DNA from: Ginkgo biloba
Lineage: Eukaryota > Plantae > Ginkgophyta
Length of the DNA stretch: 22,082 bases
Assembly: GCA_024626585.2 (NCBI GenBank)
Contig: JANKJI020000002.1
Location: 240,191,110-240,213,191 of the forward strand
Direction of reading: 5' to 3'
The notes beneath the pieces are model-generated. The model was not told the origin of the DNA. It did no database searches and was given only the letters and a program-made list of their open reading frames with translations. Position numbers and translations under genes: made by a program. Shown in pieces: positions 12,440 through 22,082 of the stretch (the stretch's first letter is position 1; every line of letters starts with the position of its first letter).

Positions 12440-12621
12440 CCACTCACTTTGTGGTGGAAGAAAATGGCTTACAATAGCCACACTCATAATTTGGATATGG
12501 CATTATCTATTTTTTAGGCTTTTCAAATTGAAGTTCCACAAGATATGATGTGAGTGCTTTCTCAAGACTCTTAATGTCATACTCCCCTTCTAGAACATGA
12601 TCTAATATTAGCTTTTTAAAC
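12440..12621 (-). pseudogene. YCF54: YCF54 terminal-exon pseudo-copy (distal, copy 3)
   Basis: Acceptor tgtatAG|G is retained. Translates FKKLILDHVLEGEYDIKSLEKALTSYLVELQFEKPKK*IMPYPNYECGYCKPF, with 22 of 37 residues identical to the intact exon before the stop. It has TGG>TAG at 12507-12509, a +1 T after KPF, and the original stop changed to TGG. 3' UTR homology continues to about 12170. Confidence 0.9.
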
Positions 12622-13502
12622 CTATACAAATGAAGTATTACTACCCTTTTTAAATACAACATAGAAGAGCAAATCAATTCTCTTATAACTGTAAACACTA
12701 CTTCAAAAAAAAAAACTATGTAATTCCATGTTTTCCTGCTAGAGCTAACGACAGAAATTAATTTGCTAAAAGGAAACCATACAAGAGTGAGATATAATAA
12801 AGGAAAAGGCCAAGTTTAATGAATGAAAAATTATTAAAGGAGAGGGTTTGAATTAAGTTTACCAAGCTTAGGTGATGCACATCTTAAATGTGCCCTTGCA
12901 TATTCTCTCTCTCTNNNNNNNNNNNNNNNNNNNNNNNNNNNNNNNNNNNNNNNNNNNNNNNNNNNNNNNNNNNNNNNNNNNNNNNNNNNNNNNNNNNNNN
13001 NNNNNNNNNNNNNNNNNNNNNNNNNNNNNNNNNNNNNNNNNNNNNNNNNNNNNNNNNNNNNNNNNNNNNNNNNNNNNNNNNNNNNNNNNNNNNNNNNNNN
13101 NNNNNNNNNNNNNNNNNNNNNNNNNNNNNNNNNNNNNNNNNNNNNNNNNNNNNNNNNNNNNNNNNNNNNNNNNNNNNNNNNNNNNNNNNNNNNNNNNNNN
13201 NNNNNNNNNNNNNNNNNNNNNNNNNNNNNNNNNNNNCAAGACTCCAAACATCACAGTATGTAAATTCACAAACTATGCCTATGAGCCACTTACTGTGGGT
13301 TTGTATTTTGTAAACAAATTGTTAATAAAAATCTAGGGGCAATTTGGTAAGCCTCAAAAAATTGGCAATTTTCTAATTGATCTTGATTGTTCCAAAACTA
13401 ATGCAAATATGGTCTTTCATCTTCTAATTGCTCAAAATTGACGAAAAGGGTATCTTGATATGTGCAAAGAGAATATATCTTCAAGGGTGCAATTTTTTGT
13501 GT

Positions 13503-14570
13503 TTCAAACCTAAACACACCAATAGGACTTCTCCACTAACACCCCAATATGACCCACTAAACAAGCATATTCTATATATTATTCACTTCTAGATATTCTC
13601 AAGTCACTAAAACAGATTCTGACATCAATAATTTTGACTTCAACCACATGTTTGTGCAAGGACCACTTGAATAATAAAGGATTAGGATGAATTCATTGCA
13701 CAAATCAAATTGAAGAGATGGTGATAAAAGAATCAACATGCCAATAGAAGGAATCCTCACACAATATACATGTTGCCAATCATGGTCGTAGAACTTTGTC
13801 TACATATCAAAGTTGTTGGAAGTGCTCAAACTCGTCTATGCAAAGGATTTCAAGTTTCAACCTAGAATACTCACAAGTCTAATACAATGCTTTTCTTTTT
13901 TGAGGATTTTCAAAACAAAGATGCCAATTACTTTTCAATTGTCCAAACCTCATGAATGCATGGAACATTGCCTAAGCATCTCCTCGATCACCTTAGGAAA
14001 TGTAGAGGTCAAGATAAGGGAATATACATGACCATGCAAATACTATACTATCCACAAAACTACAAAATAAGTTGTAAATAAAGGAACTTTACTATTCCTT
14101 AGTGGAGCAATGCTACCAAAAAACTCCAAGTGATGGTCCAAGATTGGCTCCTGTGAACTACTAACCAAATAGTATAAATACTAGCATTCCACTTTTTCAT
14201 AATTATGACACTAAACGAGAAGATTAGGCATAGTACAACTAATGTAAAATCATTGTGGACTATAGTTATAGGCAACTATGTTGGAATTTCTTCCTCTCAT
14301 TAATAGTTGAAATGTTCTATATGCTACATTGAATAATATGTAATTTGAACAAAGCAAAAATGTCACAAACTTCAAGATTTTGGTGACTAAGAGTTGGTAA
14401 TCGTGGAAGACGAGACCAAATTCTCAAAGATCCGTGTGAGAAAATATAAACATGTAACAAGGAAAACATGTCTCTAGTAGATGGAAATACAAACTTTGAG
14501 ATTTTAGTGACTAAGTTAGTAATAATGAAAAACAAGGCCAAATTCTCAAAGATCCAACTAAGGAAATATA
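13503..14570. repeat. Duplicated YCF54 intron block of copy 3
   Basis: 13503-13940 aligns to about 19715-20145 (ctccactaacaccccaatatgacccactaa vs ctccactagcaccacaatgtgacccgctaa). 13770-14570 aligns to 17530-18230. Confidence 0.85.
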
Positions 14571-14673
14571 AAAATTCTTCTTCCCCATCATACAAATAGG
14601 ATAAGAAATCACTAAAAGACAAAAACTATAGCTATTGAGATAGCTCCCAACAAATTGTGCACTAATAGAAAAA

Positions 14674-15922
14674 TGTTGTCTACTATCAAGTGTGTCTGTG
14701 GTGGTGTTGACTAGACATGGATTCCAAAGGTGGAAACCATGTTAGCAATAGGGTTTAGCATTCATACATAAAAATTAGGCATGCACGTACTAAGCAGAAG
14801 CAACATAGCATCATCATATGAACATTAAATGCACAAGATTAGGATACAAAGCATCATTTGTTATCTCTTCAAAAATAATAGTACAATGCATTTACGGCTA
14901 GGGTTAGACCTCTTACACCAAACCCTCAACCATAAGACAATTCATTTTAGAGCATATTCTCTCTCATATTTATAGATGTCTTCTCTTCATTAATTGAAAT
15001 TGCATGTCTTTTNNNNNNNNNNNNNNNNNNNNNNNNNAACCCTCAGTGCCTTCACATTGATTTTATCATCTCTCTCTTATTAAATGTGCCTTGGTTAGGG
15101 AATTAAATGCAACTTCTATGAAGAATTGTTGTGCCTTAATTAACCCTAATTGTGGCTTACTACGTCATCTTTGACCAACATTGATAACGACTTTAACTAG
15201 TGATAAATACACCTTAATTAAGATCATCTTGACCAATATTGACCACCACTTTTACCATCATAAATGCACTTTAATTTAGGTTNNNNNNNNNNNNNNNNNN
15301 NNNNNNNNNNNNNNNNNNNNNNNNNNNNNNNNNNNNNNNNNNNNNNNNNNNNNNNNNNNNNNNNNNNNNNNNNNNNNNNNNNATAAAAACCTCTTAACTA
15401 AGTCATCTTTGAGCAACTTTAACCACAATTGACTATTTGTATTGCACCTTAATTCAAGTCAATTTTGACCACTTTGACCAACAATTTCCTTAGCATTAAA
15501 TACATTGTTTTTTTGGCAACGTTGACTATATTTGACCAGTGACTTTGACTATCTTTACCCAACAACTTTGACTATCTCTAGCAGACGACTTTGACTATTT
15601 CTAACCCATGCCTTTGACCAACATTAAACACTATCCTTTTTACAACTTTAACCAGCATTTCATGCTACAATGGATACTTCTTATGTTATAATTAATACGT
15701 TATTTTAGGCTTGATCCATGCTTTATGTTGCTACCATGTCATCAACCTACGCCACATCATCAAGACTTTTTCCATGTCATCAAGACCTTTGCCATGTCAT
15801 TAAGGTCATGCCATGTCGTCAAGGTCATGTCATTGCCATTCACTGCTACCACATCATTCGGCACCACCATTGTCAGTTATCAAAAGGATTTGTCATTATT
15901 TGACTAATTTGCTATGTCAATA
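14674..15922 (-). mobile_element. Possible solo LTR with motif-array U3
   Basis: Minus-strand ends are TATTGACA...ACAACA (near TG...CA). It has TTGACY and GCCATGTCAT arrays and a minus-strand CTATAAAT near 14968-14975. The TSD is not convincing (aaaaa vs aaatt). Confidence 0.4.
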
Positions 15923-16436
15923 AAATTCTGCTAACAAGCAGAACCAGCGAAAACATGTTTTGGAACCCTAATATTAGGTTTTGCCACAAGATCACCAAAC
16001 ACGAATGAAGGATTTCACTTCGAGAAAATACATTAATATTATAGTAAGTAGTTATTTGTTGCCCATAACATATCCATAAAAGAATATGAGCTTGTCGCAA
16101 TGAAATACTTACCATCTGAAGCTTTGAACTATCTAAATACAACAGTGATTTCTGAATAAAATTTGCTTGGAGGGACATCTCATACATCACAAGAGGAACA
16201 TATTAATCTGGTTGCTCATAGCTGGTCTACAAATATTATAAGCACTCCAAACTAGGTTTCAATGATTTAGCGCCTAATAGTCATACGCAACTTTGTAGGC
16301 CAAATAATCGATTGCATCAGATGCTCTTTAGTTGCCATTTATTGTACCTTCTTTCAGTGTGAGGACTCACACACACTTGTGCTTTGGAATATTTCCTCAC
16401 ATGGCAAGGTGGAGTTTTATTAGTTTTCATTATCAT

Positions 16437-16558
16437 CTATTATTAGTTTTGGTGGTGGAAGAAATGACTTCCACTAACCATGCTCATATTTTGGAAATGA
16501 CGCTATCCATTTTGCAGGCTTTTCAAATTGGAGTTCTGTATGATTTAATGCCAATGCT
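16437..16558 (-). pseudogene. YCF54: YCF54 terminal-exon pseudo-copy (middle, copy 2); 5' part hidden by gap
   Basis: Translates ALALNHTELQFEKPAKWIASFPKYEHG*WKSFLPPP, with TGG>TAG at 16474-16476. 3' UTR homology to about 18790-19057 extends to about 16170. Confidence 0.88.
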
Positions 16559-17455
16559 NNNNNNNNNNNNNNNNNNNNNNNNNNNNNNNNNNNNNNNNNN
16601 NNNNNNNNNNNNNNNNNNNNNNNNNNNNNNNNNNNNNNNNNNNNNNNNNNNNNNNNNNNNNNNNNNNNNNNNNNNNNNNNNNNNNNNNNNNNNNNNNNNN
16701 NNNNNNNNNNNNNNNNNNNNNNNNNNNNNNNNNNNNNNNNNNNNNNNNNNNNNNNNNNNNNNNNNNNNNNNNNNNNNNNNNNNNNNNNNNNNNNNNNNNN
16801 NNNNNNNNNNNNNNNNNNNNNNNNNNNNNNNNNNNNNNNNNNNNNNNNNNNNNNNNNNNNNNNNNNNNNNNNNNNNNNNNNNNNNNNNNNNNNNNNNNNN
16901 NNNNNNNNNNNNNNNNNNNNNNNNNNNNNNNNNNNNNNNNNNNNNNNNNNNNNNNNNNNNNNNNNNNNNNNNNNNNNNNNNNNNNNNNNNNNNNNNNNNN
17001 NNNNNNNNNNNNNNNNNNNNNNNNNNNNNNNNNNNNNNNNNNNNNNNNNNNNNNNNNNNNNNNNNNNNNNNNNNNNNNNNNNNNNNNNNNNNNNNNNNNN
17101 NNNNNNNNNNNNNNNNNNNNNNNNNNNNNNNNNNNNNNNNNNNNNNNNNNNNNNNNNNNNNNNNNNNNNNNNNNNNNNNNNNNNNNNNNNNNNNNNNNNN
17201 NNNNNNNNNNNNNNNNNNNNNNNNNNNNNNNNNNNNNNNNNNNNNNNNNNNNNNNNNNNNNNNNNNNNNNNNNNNNNNNNNNNNNNNNNNNNNNNNNNNN
17301 NNNNNNNNNNNNNNNNNNNNNNNNNNNNNNNNNNNNNNNNNNNNNNNNNNNNNNNNNNNNNNNNNNNNNNNNNNNNNNNNNNNNNNNNNNNNNNNNNNNN
17401 NNNNNNNNNNNNNNNNNNNNNNNNNNNNNNNNNNNNNNNNNNNNNNNNNNNNNNN

Positions 17456-17529
17456 CACACACCTGCCTTCTAAAAATGCCGCACCCGTCCCCGCACCGGC
17501 ACCCACACCCACAAACCCTGCTAACCTTG
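17456..17529. mobile_element. End of a small GC-rich insertion (MITE/hAT-like) in the copy 2 intron
   Basis: ccgcacccgtccccgcaccggcacccacaccc mini-repeats. Absent from the homologous sites at about 13770 and 19981, and homology resumes at (a/g)tgttgcc from 17530. Confidence 0.5.
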
Positions 17530-18230
17530 ATGTTGCCCATCACAACACTAGACCTTTGTCTACACAATCAGTGTCATTGGAAATGCTCAAAGACATAAAT
17601 GCAAAGGCTTTCAACCAGGAATACTCAAAATTCTGATACAGTGCTTTTCTTTTTTAAGAATTTTCAAAAAGAAGATGCCATTGTTTTTTCAACTCTCTCA
17701 ACTTCATAAACACACAAAATAAATGAATGCACGGGCCATCACAGAAACCTCTCCTCAATCACCCCAGGAAGAGCGAGCCAAGGGAATGCACATGACCATG
17801 CAAACACTATGCCATCTACAAAATCAGATAAACCAAAAGAGGCTGCAAATGGAGGACCTTTACTGTTGCCTAGTGGAGGACTACTACTGCTCCCAAGAAG
17901 CTCCAAGTGATAGTCTAGAAAAATGATTTTGATTCCTATCAGCTACAAACCAAATAGAATAAATACTAGTATTACACCTCTTTCATAATCCTGACAATAA
18001 AGCAAAAGATTAGGCATAGCACAGTGGATGTTAAAGTTCAATGTGGATAACAGTTTTAGGCAACTAAGCTCGAGTCTCTTCCTCTCATTGATGGTTGAAA
18101 TATTCTTTAAGCTATATTGAATAGTACAAAGTGTTCAACATAGGAAAAAATGCGAGCAGATGGAAACACCAACTTTGAAATTTTGGTGAGAGAGTTAATT
18201 ATAATGAAAAATGAAACTTAAATATTCAAA
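17530..18230. repeat. Duplicated YCF54 intron block of copy 2
   Basis: Aligns to 13770-14570 (catgaccatgcaaa, tagtggag, ctccaagtgat, ataaatactag, agattaggcatag) and to 19981-20145. Confidence 0.85.
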
Positions 18231-18775
18231 TCCCTTATATTGATGACCAATTTAGAGGGTCCACCTTAGCTCAATATATTGAACCAAACTAGAGAGTCTA
18301 AGGATGATACTTCCACACACCCAAAAAATCCTAACCTTTTGCAAGTATAATAGTGTCTTCAAAGTAGCCACGACTCACAAGGAAGTCATTATACAACCTA
18401 AGTATTAATCTATTTTAGGACACCTATAATTAATGATGATTCCTACGGGGAAATTAACCATACATACTAAATGTAAGCATTCCAAAACAAAAGAAATAGT
18501 CTAAAAATGGGTAGGGCAACTGACCTGGATAATGCTTATCCTTTATTCTATGTAGATTTATCCTTTCCATTATGAAGTTGTCATTAGTTGTCAAACTTAG
18601 TCTTGTAGTTTTTACATAGTGAGTGAAAAATCGAATTTCAACTATTATTAGNNNNNNNNNNNNNNNNNNNNNNNNNNNNNNNNNNNNNNNNNNNNNNNNN
18701 NNNNNNNNNNNNNNNNNNNNNNNNNNNNNNNNNNNNNNNNNNNNNNNNNNNTGAACAAAATTTAATTAGTGAGGC

Positions 18776-19057
18776 CCAATAAAATGCCATTCCATACATC
18801 TCAGACATAACAGGAGGAACACACTAAACAGGTTGCTCATAGCTGGTATACAACTAATGTAAGCACTCCAAGACGGATTTCAATGATTTAGCCCCTAGTA
18901 GCCACATTCAACTTTGGAGGCCAACAAATAGATCTCATCAGATGCTCTTTAGTAGCAATTTGCTGTGCCTTATTTTGGTCTGAAGATGAATGCTTATTTG
19001 TGCTCTGGAAAAGAACCTTGCATACCTTGAAGGAGCTTTATTCATTCCCATTATCAT
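18776..19057 (-). other. YCF54 3' UTR / downstream flank
   Basis: Follows the stop codon and is conserved in the two pseudo-copies (12170-12440, 16170-16437). The true poly(A) site cannot be determined. Confidence 0.6.
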
Positions 19058-19238
19058 CTATTCACTTTGTGGTGGAAGAAATGGCTTCCACCAGCCATAC
19101 TCATATTTTGGATATGGTGCAGTCCATGTTTCAGGCTTTTCAAACTTGAGCTCCACAGGATTTGATGCCAATGCTTCGTCAAGTGTCTCAGCCTCATACT
19201 CCCCTTCCAGAACACGATCCAATCTCAGCTTCATAAAC
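19058..19238 (-). CDS. YCF54: Terminal coding exon of chloroplast-targeted YCF54 / LCAA (DUF2488), auxiliary subunit of Mg-protoporphyrin IX monomethyl ester cyclase
   Basis: Acceptor ttatttgtgcAG|G (AG at 19240-19239, phase 2). Then 59 codons FMKLRLDRVLEGEYEAETLDEALASNPVELKFEKPETWTAPYPKYEYGWWKPFLPPQSE and TAG at 19060-19058. The motifs FMKLRLDRV and WxAPYPKYExGWW are characteristic of Ycf54. Confidence 0.95.
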
Positions 19239-22082
19239 CTGCACAAATAAGGCATTACAGCTCTTTTCAGAACAACATAGAAGAGCAATTCTGTGTGTCT
19301 CATGGCACATCCCATCTGATGGGGAACTGTAATGCTCTCTCATCTCAAGTCAGGCAGCAACTGACTATGGTCCTATCATCTATGCTATCTCAGTAATGCC
19401 AAAGATGATTAAAAAGATGCAGTGGCAAGAGGGATCTACTGAATTTATAATTTCATGCCATCTCAAAATGTTCTCAGAATCAAAGCCAATGCATTCAGTT
19501 TGTCAGTCAGAGCAAAACTGGGGTCATGTTGCATACAACAGAGACTGTTAAAGATAGTCAGTGATGGTTACAAAATTTGATGTATTAACTTGACAAAGCA
19601 CTCAAGTTGAAGATAGGAGAATGTGTTGGAAATTACAAGTTCGTAAATTAGAGACATAAAGCAGATGCTTATGGATTGTAGGCAAGTGCCAAAATGCAAT
19701 TTGAATACAAATTCCATTAGCCTGAATACATCAAAAAGATTTCTCCACTAGCACCACAATGTGACCCGCTAAATAAACATATTCTATATTGTCAAGGTCA
19801 CCAAAAAGATCCTGACATCAGTAAGTTTGACTTCACCCACATATTTTACAAGCCAACTTCAGTGATAAAGGACAAAAATGAATTCTTTCCACAACTCAAA
19901 TTGAAGAATTATTTCCATCAAGAAAAAAAATAGTGGTAAAGAATCAACCTGTCGTTAAAAGGAATCCTCATAGAATACACGTGTTGCCCATCATGGTTCT
20001 GGACCTCTGTCAACATCATCATAGTCATTGGAATCACTCAAACCCATATATGCAATGGCTTTCAACTAGGAATACTCATAATTCGGATGCAATGCTTTGC
20101 TTTTATAATAATTTTCAAAACGATGATGTCCATGCTTTTTCCATAGTCCCCACCTTATGCTCCCCCTTTAAAATGCTGTTCAATATCATTTATGGGGTCC
20201 AAACTTAATCAATCAAGTATCACTAGCTAAAATCTAATAGTTAAGCACGGATCTCTTTGCCTAGGGCATGGTTTACACTCATGAGTAATTGGATAGGACT
20301 TTATTTCTATAAACCTGACCCAATTTACAATTCAGTTATTTGTTAAGAGTCCCTTAAGGGGCACAACTGTAACAGACTAGCACATGTAAACCTACAGAGC
20401 AAAATAGGCACACATGAAAGCATTNNNNNNNNNNNNNNNNNNNNNNNNNNNNNNNNNNNNNNNNNNNNNNNNNNNNNNNNNNNNNNNNNNNNNATAGGTC
20501 CCCAATATCCACCATTCTTGGCCATGGGAATCCACCCGCAGGCATATGAACATGGTTACCACATCAAATGTTCAAATCCTGCATTGTGACACCCATTTGG
20601 ACTCTACTGTCTTTCACACTTAATTCCACTCCATGGAACCTTCCCCAACCAATGTGGGGTAGCACCCAATAGCACCAACCCATCAGTCTGTCGACACTAG
20701 TCCAAGGACAACTTCAAGCACAAGGTGACAAGTTGACAACAATTCCAAAACAGGACACATTTTCACCACCCCTCAGTCCACAATAGGACTCCTGCCAGCG
20801 AATGCTCAACATTTGTCTATGCTAGCCACAGGTTCAATTTGGAATTTTATTTACCAACCACCCTAAGTATACTGTTGGACATATTAAATGGTAACTATCC
20901 CTTACCATATGAAAACTTAGTAACTACTCTCACTGTATGTCTGTTCGTTGCCAAGGCCATATGTTGGTACAGGAATTTCAATTGTCAATGATCATGGGCT
21001 TGGACTTACCATCTGCAAACATCGGGCAACCAACTAGCCTTACATAACAACATACATACATATGTTCATCCAATAAGAAATAATATTGGATTACTATAAT
21101 TCCCTCAATGCCAATTGTTGCTCATCCACTATCCCCTATGACTCAAGATACTAACTACGACTTTAGATGCCCAGGCTTTAGTCTGGAAACTGAGCTTTAT
21201 CCATAGCATACTCGCAGTATCATATAACATTTGTGTGATTCATCCATTATTCAACCAAATATAAAATGTCCCTAACACCCAACTCAGGAGTACCAAAACC
21301 CTACAAGCTTGATTTCACCAACATACTGAAATCTGGAAATTAAGGTAAAGCAGCATATACACAACAAAAATGTACACCAAAAGTATACACATCTTAGAAT
21401 AGGAGTTACCTCAGCAGGACAGGAATTGTCCTACACCCTTAAGGTTGGAATTGGTCTCAGAATTGTCTTGGCACAGTTGTCCTTGTATGCTCTCCTGCAT
21501 TTTTCTTAAGTATGGAAACACATACTCAGCAGAAAACAACCATAGACAGCTTAGAAATAAGAGTTACCACAGTAGCGCAGTAATTATCCTACCCTTTAGG
21601 CTAAAAGTGATCCTAGAATGAGTGAATCAACCCCAAATTGACTGAAATCAGTCCTCCTTGTTTTGTGTCCCACACTTTTCTGAAAGTATAGCAACATATA
21701 CGCACGGAAAAATCAAGCGAAGAGATATAGACAGTTAAGAACATGCTTGACGTTAGTAGGACAAAACTTGTCCTACTCTTGCCAATCAAGGCTGAGTTTG
21801 ATGAACTGAATGAATTCAAACCTTAAAGTCTGTCGGCCTGGCTTTTCCTGAAAGTGCAGAGCTGTACCTTACTGCAACTGAGTGCTCCTGCACTATACTC
21901 ATTGTGTATATTGTTAACAGGATATTGGAACACATGGCAGGCAGCTGCTGAAGAATGATAATTCAGTATACTGTCTTCATTAGGCTGCAATTATGGCATT
22001 TATGATGCATTTACGATGTATTATGATGCACTGACGATGTGGGAGCAAACATTGAGGATGATGTAGCAGCAGCTTGCTGACA
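19239..22082 (-). other. YCF54 intron (at least 2.8 kb, probably continuing past the window)
   Basis: Lies upstream of the acceptor. I saw no Ycf54 N-terminal coding sequence in this interval; a small gap at 20425-20493 is too short to hold it. Confidence 0.7.

Noticed and set aside
12834-13336. ORFs of 133-154 aa
   Set aside because: Almost entirely N.
16332-17636. 434-aa ORF with a PAPAP segment, and overlapping ORFs
   Set aside because: Spans a gap of about 900 N. The Pro-rich part comes from GC mini-repeats and the start is antisense to the pseudo-exon.
18990-19250. 86-aa plus-strand ORF
   Set aside because: Antisense shadow of the YCF54 exon.
12170-19290. YCF54 copies as uncollapsed haplotypes, retrocopies or plastid DNA insertions
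   Set aside because: They are too diverged to be alleles, and they retain intron sequence (and, where visible, the spliceosomal acceptor), so they are genomic duplications.
19239-19315. N-terminus MGCAMRH... of the 85-aa ORF
   Set aside because: Intron read-through upstream of a clear acceptor; Ycf54 similarity starts at FMKLRLDRV.
21613-22082. Possible upstream YCF54 exon
   Set aside because: The minus-strand frames I read show stops and no Ycf54 motifs.

Overview
Repeat-rich, gappy eukaryotic DNA from a land plant. The long intron and heavily decayed retroelements suggest a large-genome lineage such as a gymnosperm, but that is inference. The only intact host coding sequence is the terminal coding exon of a nuclear YCF54 gene (LCAA/DUF2488, scaffold partner of the Mg-protoporphyrin monomethyl ester cyclase) on the minus strand at 19058-19238; its upstream exon(s) are not visible and probably lie beyond 22082. 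Downstream of it are two more same-strand, degenerate copies of the same intron + exon + 3' UTR cassette (about 16170-18230 and 12170-14570), a tandem triplication of the gene's 3' end. The left half is nested transposon debris: an L1 ORF1 (DUF4283-like) remnant cut by a pair of 1.5-1.7 kb LTR-like direct repeats, a possible CACTA end, a decayed K/E-rich ORF ending near a Copia-type polypurine motif, and two overlapping L1 ORF2 fragments. I see no convincing new biological system; the triplicated YCF54 terminal exon is the most notable observation. Identifications come from recalled motifs and by-eye alignment, and most repeat boundaries are approximate.
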